A program made the translations under genes and the position numbers. Shown here piece by piece: positions 20,205 to 30,903 of a stretch of 64,000 nucleotides of DNA (positions within the stretch are counted from its first letter, which is position 1; every line of letters begins with the position of its first letter). The stretch is taken from contig JAFQJK010000015.1 of assembly GCA_017415005.1 (NCBI GenBank), positions 40,084 to 104,083 of the forward strand, written 5' to 3'. The stretch comes from Rikenellaceae bacterium. Lineage in GTDB: Bacteria; Bacteroidota; Bacteroidia; Bacteroidales; Rikenellaceae. The notes beneath the pieces are model-generated. The model was not told the DNA's origin, did no database searches, and saw only the letters and a program-made list of their open reading frames with translations.

Positions 20205-20909
20205 ATGCGACTGCTTCTGATCAGTAATTCGACCAATGCCGGCGAGGCCTACCTGGCCTATCCGATGCCCCGTATCCGTGAGTTCCTTGCCGGCGTGACC
20301 GAGGTGGCTTTCGTTCCCTATGCCGCCGTGACCTTTTCGTACGACGAGTACGAGCGCCGCGTGCAGGAGCGTTTCGGCGAGCTCGGCATCCGTGTCCGCT
20401 CCGTGCACCGCGAGGCCGACCCGGCTGCGGCGATCCGCGCCGCGCAGGCCGTTGTCGTGGGCGGCGGCAATACCTTCCATCTCGTCAAACTCATGCAGGA
20501 GCAAGGGCTGATGGAGGCGATCCGCGGGCGCGTGCTCGGCGGGGCCCCTTACGTGGGCTGGAGCGCGGGCAGCAACGTGGCCTGCCCGACCCTCTGTACG
20601 ACCAACGACATGCCGATCGTCGAGCCGCGTTCGTTCCGGACCGTCGGTCTCGTGCCGTTCCAGATCAACCCGCACTATCTCGATGCCCATCCCGACGGCC
20701 ATGCGGGCGAGACGCGCGAGCAGCGTATCGAGGAGTACATTGCCGCCAATCCGGACATGTACGTGGCCGGCCTGCGCGAGGGCTGTATGCTCCGCATCGA
20801 AGGCGATCGCATGGAGCTCGTCGGTAGCCGCCCGATGCGCCTTTTCCACGGGGGCGATGCGCCGCGCGAGCTACATCCCGGCGACGACCTGGACTTTCTG
20901 TTGCGATAG
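20205..20909 (+). CDS. pepE: dipeptidase E (peptidase S51)
   Basis: 234 aa. S51 pattern with VVGGGNTFHL and GWSAGSNV (nucleophile Ser region). Confidence 0.88.
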   Translation: MRLLLISNSTNAGEAYLAYPMPRIREFLAGVTEVAFVPYAAVTFSYDEYERRVQERFGELGIRVRSVHREADPAAAIRAAQAVVVGGGNTFHLVKLMQEQGLMEAIRGRVLGGAPYVGWSAGSNVACPTLCTTNDMPIVEPRSFRTVGLVPFQINPHYLDAHPDGHAGETREQRIEEYIAANPDMYVAGLREGCMLRIEGDRMELVGSRPMRLFHGGDAPRELHPGDDLDFLLR

Positions 20910-20912
20910 GTC

Positions 20913-21275
20913 ATGCCGGATGCGCGCAATATCGGACTGCGGGGTGAGGAGCTTGCCGTCCGCTACCTCGAGGGTGCGGGCTTCCTCATTCTCGCCCGCA
21001 ACTGGCGCTCGGGCCGCTACGAGCTCGACATCGTGGCCCAGCGCGACGGCGTGCTGCACGTGGTCGAGGTCAAGACGCGTCGCGCCGGGGGGCTCACCGC
21101 GCCCGAGGATGCGCTGACCCCGGCCAAGTTCCGCGCGCTCTGCCGTGCAGCCTCGCTATATATAGAAAGGTATGGTCTTGATATGGAGGTCGTCTTCGAC
21201 CTGGTCGCCGTCGACGATTACCCCGACGGTGCCCGCGTCCGGTTTATCCCGTCCGCCGTGTCTCCTTCGTGGTAA
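20913..21275 (+). CDS. YraN-family (UPF0102) endonuclease-like protein
   Basis: 120 aa. GEELAVRYLEGAGFLILARNWRSGRYELDIVA and HVVEVKTR, typical of YraN. Confidence 0.85.
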   Translation: MPDARNIGLRGEELAVRYLEGAGFLILARNWRSGRYELDIVAQRDGVLHVVEVKTRRAGGLTAPEDALTPAKFRALCRAASLYIERYGLDMEVVFDLVAVDDYPDGARVRFIPSAVSPSW

Positions 21276-21286
21276 GGGTGTGTCCG

Positions 21287-21316
21287 CCCCGGCCTGCTTG
21301 TCCCCGGCCGGTTTTT
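21287..21316 (+). terminator. possible intrinsic terminator after the yraN-like gene
   Basis: Stem ccggcc (21289-21294) pairs with ggccgg (21306-21311), followed by ttttt. Confidence 0.45.
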
Positions 21317-21403
21317 CCTGCCTGCCTCCGTGCGGCCCGGCGATATTTTTGCAGATTCTCGAAAATATAGTATCTTCACGGTAGAATTTAAAGCCAACAA
21401 CAT

Positions 21404-22069
21404 ATGTACGATCTATTGACTGCCTGCCCGTTGTTCAGGGGGCTGACCGCGGACCAGATCAGGGGGCTGATCGAGCCGAATGACAACCATACCGTTACCC
21501 GTTATGCCAAGGGCGACCTGATCGCCCGTCGCGACACGGCCTACTCGGGCCTGATGATCATCCTCAAGGGGCGTGTGACGGGCCTGATGACCGACGCTCA
21601 CGGCAGGCAGCTCGTGATCGATACGCTCGAAGCGCCGCAGCTGATCGCGCCGGCTTTCCTGTTCGGAGGCTACAACCGCCTGCCGATCGACATCGTGGCC
21701 GACGAGCAGGTCGATATTTTGACGCTTCATCGGGGTTTCGTTTTCGAGATGATGCAGGAGAACGTATTGATTCTCTCCAACTTCATCGACATCATCTCCA
21801 ACCGGGCCAACGTCTGGTCCAAGAAGATCTACTTCCTGTCGTTCAAGTCTTTGAAGCAGAAGGTCGCGCTCTACCTGCTCGACCATACGAGCGAGTCGAA
21901 CGCAGTGGTTCCGGTGCCCGATATCCGCGAGATCGCCGAATTTTTCGAGGCGACGCGTTCTTCGCTTACGGCGGTGCTCGAAGACCTGCAGAAAAAGCAT
22001 CTCGTCCGTTGCGACGCGTACAATATCACCGTTCTCAGCCGCGAGGGGCTGGGCGATTTGCTCAAGTAA
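21404..22069 (+). CDS. Crp/Fnr-family transcriptional regulator
   Basis: 221 aa. N-terminal cNMP-binding-like beta-barrel and a C-terminal HTH (IREIAEFFEATRSSLTAVLEDLQKKHLV). Confidence 0.85.
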   Translation: MYDLLTACPLFRGLTADQIRGLIEPNDNHTVTRYAKGDLIARRDTAYSGLMIILKGRVTGLMTDAHGRQLVIDTLEAPQLIAPAFLFGGYNRLPIDIVADEQVDILTLHRGFVFEMMQENVLILSNFIDIISNRANVWSKKIYFLSFKSLKQKVALYLLDHTSESNAVVPVPDIREIAEFFEATRSSLTAVLEDLQKKHLVRCDAYNITVLSREGLGDLLK

Positions 22070-22082
22070 GGTCTCCGCAAGG

Positions 22083-23312
22083 ATGGGATGGTTGTATGAT
22101 CTGGGGATTTATGCCATGCAGGCGGGGATCGCCCTGGCTGCGCTGTTCAATCCCAAGGCCCGGCTGTGGAGGCAGGGGCGGCGGGATATTTTCCGGCGGT
22201 TGGCCGATACGGTGGGGCGCGACGACGGACGTCCCGTGGCATGGTTCCATGCCGCCTCGCTCGGTGAGTTCGAGCAGGGGCGTCCGGTGATCGAGGAGCT
22301 GCGCCGGCGGCGCCCCGGCTATAAGATCCTGGTGACCTTTTTTTCCCCTTCGGGCTATGAGATCCGGAAGAACTATTCGGGTGCCGACTATATCTTCTAC
22401 CTGCCGGCCGATACGCCGCGCAACGCGCGCCGCTTTATGCGGATCGTGCGCCCCGAGCTGGCGTTCTTCGTCAAGTACGAGTTCTGGCTCAACTATCTCG
22501 CCGCGCTGCGCCGCTCCGATTGCCGGACGTTTATCATTTCCGCCATCTTCCGTGCCGACTCTGTTTTTTTCAAATGGTACGGCGGCGCTTTCCGCCGCGC
22601 GCTGCATACGTTCGAGCGCCTGTTCGTGCAGAACGCCGAGTCGCAGGCGCTGCTGCGCACGATCGGCGTGACCAATGTCTCGGTGGCCGGCGACACGCGT
22701 TTCGACCGGGTCTGCGAGATCGCCTCTGCCACCCGCGAGCTCGATCTGGTTCATGCCTTTGCGGGCGACAGCCGGGTCGTGGTCTGCGGCAGTACATGGC
22801 CTCCCGATGAGGAGCTGCTCCTCCGGTTGATCGGCGATTTCCCTGCGTTGAAGTTCATTGTCGCCCCTCATGAGATCGTTCCGTCGCGCATCGAGCGCCT
22901 GATAGCCCGGTCGCCCCGTCGCGCCGTGCGCTATACCCAGCTCGCGTCGCCTGCCGACCTGGCGGGGGCCGAGGTGCTGGTCGTCGATACGATCGGCATC
23001 CTTTCATCGGTATACCGCTACGGGACATACGCTTATATCGGGGGCGGCTTCGGCGTGGGTATCCACAACATTCTTGAGGCGGCGACATTCGGCCTGCCGC
23101 TGGCGTTCGGCCCCAATTATCACCGGTTCAAGGAGGCCTGCGATCTGGTCGCGATGGGGGGGGCAGCCAGCATCGATGCTTATGAGCCCCTTCGCGCATG
23201 GCTCGGAGGTCTGGAGGCCGATGCGGCGCTGCGTGCCCGCGCATCCCGTGTCTGCGCCGACTATGTGGCCGATAACCGGGGTGCGACGGCGACCATCCTG
23301 GGCGCTCTCTGA
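22083..23312 (+). CDS. waaA: 3-deoxy-D-manno-octulosonic acid (Kdo) transferase
   Basis: 409 aa. WFHAASLGEFEQGRPVIEEL near the N-terminus and collinearity with KdtA/WaaA. Confidence 0.9.
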   Translation: MGWLYDLGIYAMQAGIALAALFNPKARLWRQGRRDIFRRLADTVGRDDGRPVAWFHAASLGEFEQGRPVIEELRRRRPGYKILVTFFSPSGYEIRKNYSGADYIFYLPADTPRNARRFMRIVRPELAFFVKYEFWLNYLAALRRSDCRTFIISAIFRADSVFFKWYGGAFRRALHTFERLFVQNAESQALLRTIGVTNVSVAGDTRFDRVCEIASATRELDLVHAFAGDSRVVVCGSTWPPDEELLLRLIGDFPALKFIVAPHEIVPSRIERLIARSPRRAVRYTQLASPADLAGAEVLVVDTIGILSSVYRYGTYAYIGGGFGVGIHNILEAATFGLPLAFGPNYHRFKEACDLVAMGGAASIDAYEPLRAWLGGLEADAALRARASRVCADYVADNRGATATILGAL

Positions 23313-23386
23313 CCGGGCCGCCGGGCCATTAATTCCCTGAGATCAAATATTTTTGCGAATTAGTTGCCGGGTTCGCAAAAAACAAC

Positions 23387-23394
23387 TACATTTG
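23387..23394 (+). promoter_or_regulatory. candidate -7 box (TACATTTG) for rpsO
   Basis: Exact TAnnTTTG match 69 nt upstream of the rpsO ATG, just after a hairpin (ttgcgaa...ttcgcaa, 23353-23377). Confidence 0.5.
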
Positions 23395-23462
23395 CGCCAC
23401 GCTTCGCGAGTACCCGGTAAGGCGGATCTCTATCGAAGTATTACGAATTTAAATTCAAACCA

Positions 23463-23735
23463 ATGAGCTATTTGACACCTGAGAAAAAGCAGGAGCTTTT
23501 CGCGCAGTACGGAACGTCTAATACGGACACCGGTTCTTCCGAGAGCCAGATCGCCCTATTTTCTTACCGTATCAGCCACCTTACGGAACACCTGAAGAAG
23601 AACCGTCACGACTATGGCACGCAGCGTTCGCTGTTGCGTCTGGTCGGTAAGCGCCGTCGTCTTCTGGAATATCTGAAGCAGACTGATATCGAGCGTTACA
23701 GGGCCATCATCAAGGCGCTGAACCTGAGAAAATAG
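23463..23735 (+). CDS. rpsO: 30S ribosomal protein S15
   Basis: 90 aa. GSSESQIALFSYRISHLTEHLKKNRHDYGTQRSLLRLVGKRRRLLEYL is canonical S15. Confidence 0.97.
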   Translation: MSYLTPEKKQELFAQYGTSNTDTGSSESQIALFSYRISHLTEHLKKNRHDYGTQRSLLRLVGKRRRLLEYLKQTDIERYRAIIKALNLRK

Positions 23736-23760
23736 ACGTTTTTCCCACGAAAAATCCGAA

Positions 23761-23800
23761 TAAAGGCAATTTTTAATTAAATTGCCTTTATTTCTTCGTT
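23761..23800 (+). terminator. rpsO-pnp intergenic hairpin (attenuator or processing site)
   Basis: 12-bp stem taaaggcaattt (23761-23772) pairs with aaattgccttta (23779-23790), followed by a T-rich tract. It occupies the same position as the regulatory hairpin known between rpsO and pnp in E. coli. Confidence 0.65.
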
Positions 23801-23850
23801 TTGGGTTGGGAATTTTTGATTACCTTGCACGACATTTAGAGTAAAAAGAT

Positions 23851-25977
23851 ATGTATAATGCGACACGAAAGGTGATTATGCTCGGCGGAGACCGGGAGGT
23901 GATCATCGAAACAGGAAAACTGGCAAAACAGGCCGACGGCTCGGTCGTTGTGAAACAGGGCGACACGATGCTGCTGGCTACCGTGGTTGCGGCCAAGGAT
24001 GCGAAGCCCGACTGCGATTTCATGCCCCTCCAGGTAGATTACAAAGAGAAATACGCCGCCGCCGGCCGTTATCCGGGCGGCTTCCTCAAGCGTGAGGCCC
24101 GTCCCAACGACAGCGAGATCCTCGTAGCGCGTCTGATCGACCGCGCGCTTCGCCCGCTGTTCCCGGCCGACTATCACGCAGAGGTGTTCGTTACGGTCAA
24201 TCTGATCTCGGCCGACAAGGACATCCAGCCCGACGCGCTGGCCGGTCTGGCTGCCTCGGCTGCGCTGGCCGTTTCGGACATTCCGTTCGCCGGTCCGATC
24301 TCGGAGGTCCGCGTAGCGCGCATTGACGGCCGGTTCATGATCAATCCCACTTTCTCGCAAATGGCGAACTGCGACCTCGACATCATGGTCGCCGGTACGC
24401 TCGACAACATTATGATGGTCGAGGGTGAGATGAAGGAGGTTTCCGAGGCCGACATGCTCGACGCTATCAAGTTCGCTCACGAGGAGATCAAGAAGCACTG
24501 CCAGGCCCAGATCGAGCTGAGCAGGGAGCTGGGCAAGGACGTGAAGCGCACCTACTGCCACGAGACCAACGACGAGGAGCTGCGCCAGCTCATCATCAAG
24601 GAGACCTACGATAAGGCCTATGCTGTTGCCAAGGGGGCTACCTCGAAGCACGACCGGATGGATAAGTTCGACGCTATCGAGGCCGAATTCTGCACCCGCT
24701 ACTCGGAGGAGGAGCTGGCCGAGAAGCTGCCGCTGATCAAGAAATACTTCCACGACGACGTGTTGAAGAAGGCGATGCGCAATATGATCCTTGACGAGGG
24801 CGTGCGCCTCGACGGCCGTAAGACCACCGAGATCCGTCCGATCTGGTGCGAGGTGGGCTACCTGCCCGCGGCTCACGGTTCGGCTGTCTTCACCCGCGGC
24901 GAGACCCAGTCGCTCACGAGCGTGACGTTGGGCACCAAGCTCGACGAGAAGCAGAAGGACGAAGTGCTCGTCCAGGGTAGCGAGCAGTTCGTGCTGCACT
25001 ACAACTTCCCGCCGTTCTCGACGGGTGAGGCCAAGGCTGCGCGCGGCCTCTCGCGCCGCGAGATCGGCCATGGCAATCTGGCGTGGCGTGCGCTCAAGCC
25101 GATGGTTCCCGTTGGCGAGGAGAATCCTTACGCTGTGCGCGTCGTGTCCGACATCCTTGAGTCGAACGGCTCGTCGTCGATGGCCACCGTCTGCGCCGGT
25201 ACGCTGGCCCTGATGGATTCGGGGCTGAAGATGAAGAAGCACGTATCGGGTATCGCCATGGGTCTGATCTCCGACTCGGCCACCGGCAAGTATGCCGTGC
25301 TTTCGGATATCCTCGGCGATGAGGACCACCTGGGCGATATGGACTTCAAGGTAACGGGTACGCGCGACGGTATCACCGCCACGCAGATGGATATCAAGGT
25401 CGATGGTCTCTCGTACGAGGTGCTGGCCAAGGCGCTTGAGCAGGCCAAACAGGGTCGTCTGCATATCCTCGACAAGCTGGTCGAGACGATCGCCGAGCCG
25501 CGTGCCGATTTCCGTCCGTTCGTTCCGCGCATTGTCCAGATCGTGATCCCGAGCGACTTCATCGGCGCCGTGATCGGCCCGGGCGGCAAGGTGATCCAGG
25601 ATATCCAGAAGACCACCGGTACGACCATTACGATCACCGAGGCCGACAACAAGGGTTTTGTCGACATCTTCGGCGAGAACAAGGATGCGCTCGACGCGGC
25701 TCTGGCCCGCATCAAGGGGATCACCGCGACCCCCGAGGTCGGCGAGATTTATAAGGGCAAAGTGAAGTCGATCGTTGCGTTCGGCGCGTTTGTTGAGATA
25801 CTCCCGGGCAAGGATGGACTTCTGCACATCTCCGAGATCGACCACAAGCGCTTCGAGACGATGGAGCAGACCGGTATCAAGGAGGGTGATATGCTGGAAG
25901 TCAAGCTGATCGGAGTCGATCCGAAGACGGGCAAGATCAAGCTTTCGCGCAAAGCGCTCATCAAAAAGGAATCGTAG
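23851..25977 (+). CDS. pnp: polyribonucleotide nucleotidyltransferase (PNPase)
   Basis: 708 aa. Two RNase PH domains ([16 protein letters not shown]), a KH domain ([16 protein letters not shown]) and an S1 domain ([27 protein letters not shown]). Confidence 0.97.
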   Translation: MYNATRKVIMLGGDREVIIETGKLAKQADGSVVVKQGDTMLLATVVAAKDAKPDCDFMPLQVDYKEKYAAAGRYPGGFLKREARPNDSEILVARLIDRALRPLFPADYHAEVFVTVNLISADKDIQPDALAGLAASAALAVSDIPFAGPISEVRVARIDGRFMINPTFSQMANCDLDIMVAGTLDNIMMVEGEMKEVSEADMLDAIKFAHEEIKKHCQAQIELSRELGKDVKRTYCHETNDEELRQLIIKETYDKAYAVAKGATSKHDRMDKFDAIEAEFCTRYSEEELAEKLPLIKKYFHDDVLKKAMRNMILDEGVRLDGRKTTEIRPIWCEVGYLPAAHGSAVFTRGETQSLTSVTLGTKLDEKQKDEVLVQGSEQFVLHYNFPPFSTGEAKAARGLSRREIGHGNLAWRALKPMVPVGEENPYAVRVVSDILESNGSSSMATVCAGTLALMDSGLKMKKHVSGIAMGLISDSATGKYAVLSDILGDEDHLGDMDFKVTGTRDGITATQMDIKVDGLSYEVLAKALEQAKQGRLHILDKLVETIAEPRADFRPFVPRIVQIVIPSDFIGAVIGPGGKVIQDIQKTTGTTITITEADNKGFVDIFGENKDALDAALARIKGITATPEVGEIYKGKVKSIVAFGAFVEILPGKDGLLHISEIDHKRFETMEQTGIKEGDMLEVKLIGVDPKTGKIKLSRKALIKKES

Positions 25978-26092
25978 CGCATTTTTTCCGGAATAGTGGC
26001 ACATATTTTGACACGGTTTTTGTGCGGTAACGACCTGAGGGCGTGTCAGATTATTTTTTCGGCAGTTTTTGCGGAAAATTAAAATATATTCT

Positions 26093-26100
26093 TAAATTTG
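26093..26100 (+). promoter_or_regulatory. candidate -7 box (TAAATTTG)
   Basis: Exact TAnnTTTG match in an AT-rich spacer, 67 nt upstream of the ATG at 26167. Confidence 0.45.
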
Positions 26101-26166
26101 TCGCTACTATGCAGTTAGCAGAAAAAAGAGATTAAATTATATTTAAATTAACTTAATGACTTGACT

Positions 26167-27858
26167 ATGAAAAGGTTTGTAAAAGCAAGTATGGTTCTTG
26201 CTACTTTGGCATTACTCCTTTCGAGTTGTAATTGCTACAACAGAATGTTAAAAAAAGTGGACAGAGTCAAGGCAACTTGCACTCCGGCCGTCCTGACGTT
26301 GAAGGGTAGCAACGTAACCGCTGACCTGAAAGTCGAATTTCCGCCGAAATATTTTGACGAAATGGCCGTGCTGAAGATCACTCCGGTGCTGGTTTATGAG
26401 GGTGGCGAGATTGCAGGTACGCCGAAGTTCGTCCAGGGTACGAAGGTAAAGGACAACTATACCGTGATTCCGTGGAAGCAGGGCGGTTCGTACACGCAGA
26501 CCGTGACGTTCCCCTACACTCCGGCCGCTCGTCTGGCTACGCTTGAGCTGCGCATCGATTCGAAGTGCGCCAACAAGTGCAAGAAGAAATTCAAGGAGTT
26601 CGTGCCTTTCGCAGCCATCCCGGCCGCACAGGGTGTGAGCACCGTTCAGCTGCTGGCCGACAACATGGCTTACCTGTCGCTGATGGATCACAACTACAAA
26701 CGTGTCACCACCGAGACCGAGCAGGCCGAGATCATGTTCCAGATCAACAAGGCCAATGTACGCGACAATCAGCTGACCACCGAGCAGCTCAAGGCTTTCG
26801 AGGATTTCGTGAAGGAATATTCGAACAAGGAGCGCGCTACGCTGGGTAACGTATTCGCCAACGGTTACGCTTCTCCCGACGGTCCGGTTAAGTTCAACGA
26901 CGAGCTTTCGAAAGAGCGTGGTACCAATGCCAAGGACGCTGTCAGCAAGAAGCTCGAAGGCGTTAACGCCAAGTATGACGTTGCCGCTTACGGTGAGGAC
27001 TGGGAAGGTTTCAAGAAGCTCGTTGAGGCTTCGGACATCAAGGACAAGGACCTGATCCTCCAGGTACTGGCCATGTACAGCAACCCTGTACAGCGTGACC
27101 AGGAGATCAAGAACATGTCTTCGGTATTCGACATCCTGGCTAAGGAGATCCTTCCGCAGCTTCGTCGTACCGTGATGGTTGCCAATGTCGATATCGAGGG
27201 TCTGACCGATGCCGAGCTGAAAGAGGCGGTCAACAGCGGTAAGCTGAACGACCTGAACGAACAGCAGATGCTTTACGCTGCAACGCTCTTTACCGACGGC
27301 GCTACTCAGATTAAGGTTTACCAGGCTGCTGCCAACAAGTTCCAGTCTGCCCGCGCATACAACAACCTGGGTGTTGCCCTGGCTAAGAACGGCCAGCTCG
27401 CCGAGGCCAAGCGTGCCTTCTCTCAGGCTGCCGGCAAGGCTTCTGATCCGGCTATCTCGAGCAACCTGGGTGCTGTGGCTCTGGCCGAGGGTAATGTAGC
27501 CGAGGCTAAGCGCTACCTGTCTGCCCTGAACACTCCGGATGCCAATGCCAACAAGGGTCTCGTTGCCCTGGCCGAAGGCAACTACACTGAGGCGGTCAAG
27601 ACGCTGAAGGGTTACAACCTGGCTGTTGCCGAAGTGCTGAACGGTAATCTGGCGAAGGCTTCGTCTGCCCTGTCGGGTGACAACAGCGCCGATGCCGACT
27701 ATCTGAAGGCTGTGATCGCCATGCGCCAGGGTGATTCGAGCTCGGCTATCGCCAACCTTAAGAGCGCATTCGCGAAGGATCCTTCGCTGAAGGCTCAGGC
27801 TAAGACCGATGTTGAGTTCGCCAAGATCTTCGGTTCGACCGAGTTCCTGGCCCTGTAA
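26167..27858 (+). CDS. TPR repeat-containing lipoprotein
   Basis: Starts at the ATG at 26167. Lipoprotein signal MKRFVKASMVLATLALLLSSC and C-terminal TPR-like repeats (ARAYNNLGVALAKNGQLAEAKRAFSQA, NLGAVALAEGNVAEAKRYL). Confidence 0.8.
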   Translation: MKRFVKASMVLATLALLLSSCNCYNRMLKKVDRVKATCTPAVLTLKGSNVTADLKVEFPPKYFDEMAVLKITPVLVYEGGEIAGTPKFVQGTKVKDNYTVIPWKQGGSYTQTVTFPYTPAARLATLELRIDSKCANKCKKKFKEFVPFAAIPAAQGVSTVQLLADNMAYLSLMDHNYKRVTTETEQAEIMFQINKANVRDNQLTTEQLKAFEDFVKEYSNKERATLGNVFANGYASPDGPVKFNDELSKERGTNAKDAVSKKLEGVNAKYDVAAYGEDWEGFKKLVEASDIKDKDLILQVLAMYSNPVQRDQEIKNMSSVFDILAKEILPQLRRTVMVANVDIEGLTDAELKEAVNSGKLNDLNEQQMLYAATLFTDGATQIKVYQAAANKFQSARAYNNLGVALAKNGQLAEAKRAFSQAAGKASDPAISSNLGAVALAEGNVAEAKRYLSALNTPDANANKGLVALAEGNYTEAVKTLKGYNLAVAEVLNGNLAKASSALSGDNSADADYLKAVIAMRQGDSSSAIANLKSAFAKDPSLKAQAKTDVEFAKIFGSTEFLAL

Positions 27859-27880
27859 TCAGCTAAGCCGATACTATGGA

Positions 27881-27909
27881 GGGGGACATCTTCGGATGTC
27901 CCCTTTTTT
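27881..27909 (+). terminator. intrinsic terminator
   Basis: ggggacatc-ttcg-gatgtcccc hairpin followed by tttttt (27904-27909). Confidence 0.85.
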
Positions 27910-28086
27910 ATGGTATCTTGCGGTAGCGGGGGCTCATTGCGGCCTGCTATTCCCGTGCATCGCGATTGTGCGGCACCCTCCGGTCCGGCCCGACATCCTG
28001 TACGGTCCGCCGGCGTGGTTTTAGAAACCATACGGTCCCTTGGGATTGCGGAAAAAAATACGATCTTTGTTATAAATTTACCGGAT

Positions 28087-28965
28087 ATGGAATACCTCAG
28101 CATGCTTAAAGAACTGGAGGCCGACTGTCGCCCGTCCGATATCGGGGCTGGTGTGGCCCAGGCCCGCGCCCTGGCTGTCCGCAATCAGACCGCCGATGTG
28201 TATCGCCGTTGCTTCGGGTGTCTCGACCTCACGACGCTCGGCGTCGCCGACACCAACGAATCGGTGCAGGCGCTCGCTCACAAGGCGGCCGCTTGTTCGG
28301 CCTGTTTTTCGGGGATGCCCGATGTGGCATCCGTCTGCGTCTATCCGGTTTTCGTCGATGCCGCCGGCCTGGCGTTGGGCGATGCCGATATTGCCGTCAC
28401 GAGCGTTGCGGGCGGTTTTCCCGCTTCGCAGACCTATCTTGAGGTCAAGATGCTTGAGTTGGCCATGGCGCTCGAGAACGGGGCCGACGAGGTCGATATC
28501 GTGATGAACGTGGGCCAGTTCCTGAGTGGCAATTATGAGGCGATGGCCAGCGAGATACAGGCCCTGCGCGATGAGGCGGGTGAGGATACGACGCTCAAGG
28601 TCATCATCGAGTCCGGGGCTTTGGTCCAGCCCGAGCTGATCCGGCGTGCTTCGCTGCTGGTCATGGAGGCCGGGGCGGATTTTATCAAGACTTCGACGGG
28701 CAAGACATCGGTTTCCGCGACGCCCGAGGCTGCATTGGTTATGTGCGGTGCGATCCGCGATTTCTATCGTAAGACCGGGCGTCGGGTGGGCTTCAAGGCT
28801 GCCGGCGGGGTCTCTACGCCCGAGGCTGCTGTCCTGTACTATTCGATCGTGCAGTCCGTTCTTGGCGAGGAGTGGCTTACGCCGTCATTGTTCCGTATCG
28901 GGGCCAGCTCGCTGGCCAACCAGTTGCTATCCGCGATAAACGGCCAGCCGGTAGCCTATTTCTGA
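28087..28965 (+). CDS. deoC: deoxyribose-phosphate aldolase
   Basis: Track ORF trimmed to the ATG at 28087 (MEYLSMLKELE). DeoC pattern with CLDLTTL, VCVYP and the Schiff-base lysine region ADFIKTSTGK. Confidence 0.88.
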   Translation: MEYLSMLKELEADCRPSDIGAGVAQARALAVRNQTADVYRRCFGCLDLTTLGVADTNESVQALAHKAAACSACFSGMPDVASVCVYPVFVDAAGLALGDADIAVTSVAGGFPASQTYLEVKMLELAMALENGADEVDIVMNVGQFLSGNYEAMASEIQALRDEAGEDTTLKVIIESGALVQPELIRRASLLVMEAGADFIKTSTGKTSVSATPEAALVMCGAIRDFYRKTGRRVGFKAAGGVSTPEAAVLYYSIVQSVLGEEWLTPSLFRIGASSLANQLLSAINGQPVAYF

Positions 28966-28985
28966 TATTTTTTAAGGCTCCTGAT

Positions 28986-29023
28986 GACAAAGCGCATACA
29001 CCGAAAGGTGTCTGCGCTTTGTC
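28986..29023. terminator. bidirectional hairpin between convergent deoC and the SPOR gene
   Basis: 11-bp stem gacaaagcgca (28986-28996) pairs with tgcgctttgtc (29013-29023), with an inner acacc-gaaa-ggtgt hairpin. Confidence 0.6.
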
Positions 29024-29040
29024 TCTCGGGTCATGACCGA

Positions 29041-30036
29041 TCAGTTCTCCTGCGGCCTGCCGGCCTCGGTCTTTTGTCGGTATATCCATAGCGACTTATC
29101 TGCTTTAAGCAGCTGTTTCAACCTGTGTGACGCACGCTGTTCCGAGTCTGTCTGGTAAATGCTGACCACCACTTTCCCGTTTGTCATGAATACTTTGGCA
29201 TAGGGCAGCGTGTCGGCTTTTGTCCGGGATTCCCGGATAAACTTATCTGCATTTTCCTCTGTGCTGAAGACTCCGGCTACGATGTGGTACGATCCTCGCC
29301 GCGAGGTTTCGGCGACCCGTGTCTCCGTGTTACCGTCCGTTGTGGCGGTCCCCGTCGTTTCCGTGCCTGACAAGGTATGCGTCGCTGCCGTCGCGGAGTC
29401 GAGGCATGTACTGTCGCCTGCGACGCCATTCCTGTCACGGGATGTCCCGACCTGTCCCGAATCGGACACAGGCAGCTTCCCCGCTGCCGGCATCCGGGGT
29501 GTCGGTGCCTCTGCCTGCTCCAGTCCTCCGAGCTCGCCGATGACCTCGCCGGGTTTACCGGCCAGGTAGTCGTAATAATAGTAACCGGCAGCCGAGATGG
29601 CCAGGATGGCCGCGGCAACGATCACGTCCACTGTTGCTCCCCGCCTGCGGCGTGGCTTGAGTCTGACAGGCGCTGCGGCAACGGGGTTCAGCAAGGCGTC
29701 GAGCTCGCGCTCGGCCAAGAACTGTCCGTTCCCGATCGTGCCTGTGCCCTCGATGACGATCTTGCCTTCCTGCTCGGCACGGCTGCGCCATGCAGCGTAA
29801 ATAGCTTCGGCCCTGTCCTGTCCGACCCCCGCTTCCTGACCGATCAGCTCTGCGAGCGTAGGGCTACCGGGTAGTTCCCGGGGGGCAAAGACGATCCGGC
29901 TGGCGGGAGGCACCACTTCGCGCCGCGATGGTCGCATGGCCGGTGTCTGCTCGACCCGCAGCGATCCGATGCCGGGCAGGTTGAGTCTTCCCCGGCGGGC
30001 CAGCGTGTTGAAGATGACTTTGTCTACGGCATCCAT
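29041..30036 (-). CDS. HU-like N-terminal domain / SPOR domain protein
   Basis: 331 aa. The N-terminus resembles HU-type DNA-binding folds (LNLPGIGSL). A central TM helix (VIVAAAILAISAAGYYYY) is followed by a low-complexity linker and a C-terminal SPOR-like domain (YHIVAGVFSTEENADKFI). Confidence 0.8.
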   Translation of the reverse strand: MDAVDKVIFNTLARRGRLNLPGIGSLRVEQTPAMRPSRREVVPPASRIVFAPRELPGSPTLAELIGQEAGVGQDRAEAIYAAWRSRAEQEGKIVIEGTGTIGNGQFLAERELDALLNPVAAAPVRLKPRRRRGATVDVIVAAAILAISAAGYYYYDYLAGKPGEVIGELGGLEQAEAPTPRMPAAGKLPVSDSGQVGTSRDRNGVAGDSTCLDSATAATHTLSGTETTGTATTDGNTETRVAETSRRGSYHIVAGVFSTEENADKFIRESRTKADTLPYAKVFMTNGKVVVSIYQTDSEQRASHRLKQLLKADKSLWIYRQKTEAGRPQEN

Positions 30037-30040
30037 CGAT

Positions 30041-30853
30041 CTATTTTTTTACGGGCAGTACCGGTTTCCTGTAGGCCCAGATCAGTACGGCCACACCGGC
30101 CAGGATGAATGGGATGCTAAGTATCTGTCCCATGTAGAGCGACATGCCCACTTCGAAATCCTCCTGCGGGTTTTTGATGAATTCGATGAAAAAGCGCGCC
30201 GTGAACAGTAGGATCAGGAACCACCCGAACATCACGCCGGGCCGTTTGAGGGCAACGTCTTTTTTGTAGTACATCCACATCAGCAGCGCGAAGATCGCCA
30301 GGTAGGCCAGCGCCTCGTAGATCTGGGTCGGGTGCATCGGGACGGTCTGGCCGTCGCGCACGAAGATAAAGCCCCAGGGCAGCGAGGTCGCCGTGCCGTA
30401 GATCTCCGAGTTGAGCAGGTTGCCCAGGCGTACGAAGGCTCCGCCCACGGCGACAGGCAACGTGATGCGGTCGAGCGACCAGATGTAGGGCATCCTGTTC
30501 TTGCGCGAGAAGAGCCACAGGCCGATGAGCAGGCCGATCGCCGCGCCGTGGCTGGCAAGGCCTCCCTGCCGGAGGTTCAGGATCTGGACCGGGTGCGTCA
30601 GGTAATACTCAGGCTCGTAGAACAGGCAGTGCCCCAGCCGGGCACCGATGATGGTCGAGAGCGTGCCGAACCAGAAGATCGAGTCGAACATCTTTTCCCG
30701 GTATCCCTCGCGTTTGATCATGTTCATGAACAGGATCATGCCGACCCCGAACGTGAGGGCCCACAGCAAGCCGTAATAGCGGATCTCAACGGGACCTATC
30801 GAGAAGAAAACGGGATCGATGTCCCAGTTGACGAATAGCAGGTGTGCGTTCAT
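30041..30853 (-). CDS. lgt: prolipoprotein diacylglyceryl transferase
   Basis: 270 aa polytopic protein with Lgt motifs (IRYYGLLWAL, GARLGHCLFY, GRLGNLLNSEIYG). Confidence 0.95.
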   Translation of the reverse strand: MNAHLLFVNWDIDPVFFSIGPVEIRYYGLLWALTFGVGMILFMNMIKREGYREKMFDSIFWFGTLSTIIGARLGHCLFYEPEYYLTHPVQILNLRQGGLASHGAAIGLLIGLWLFSRKNRMPYIWSLDRITLPVAVGGAFVRLGNLLNSEIYGTATSLPWGFIFVRDGQTVPMHPTQIYEALAYLAIFALLMWMYYKKDVALKRPGVMFGWFLILLFTARFFIEFIKNPQEDFEVGMSLYMGQILSIPFILAGVAVLIWAYRKPVLPVKK

Positions 30854-30903
30854 ACAGATAGTGTTTTGTCGTTATGCAGCGGCCGTACCGGCCGCCGTCA
30901 GGC

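Noticed and set aside
23836-26004. A 722-aa minus-strand ORF covering pnp.
   Set aside because: It is exactly antisense to a textbook PNPase and has a low-complexity Arg/Leu/Gly/Asp-rich translation. It is a shadow frame.
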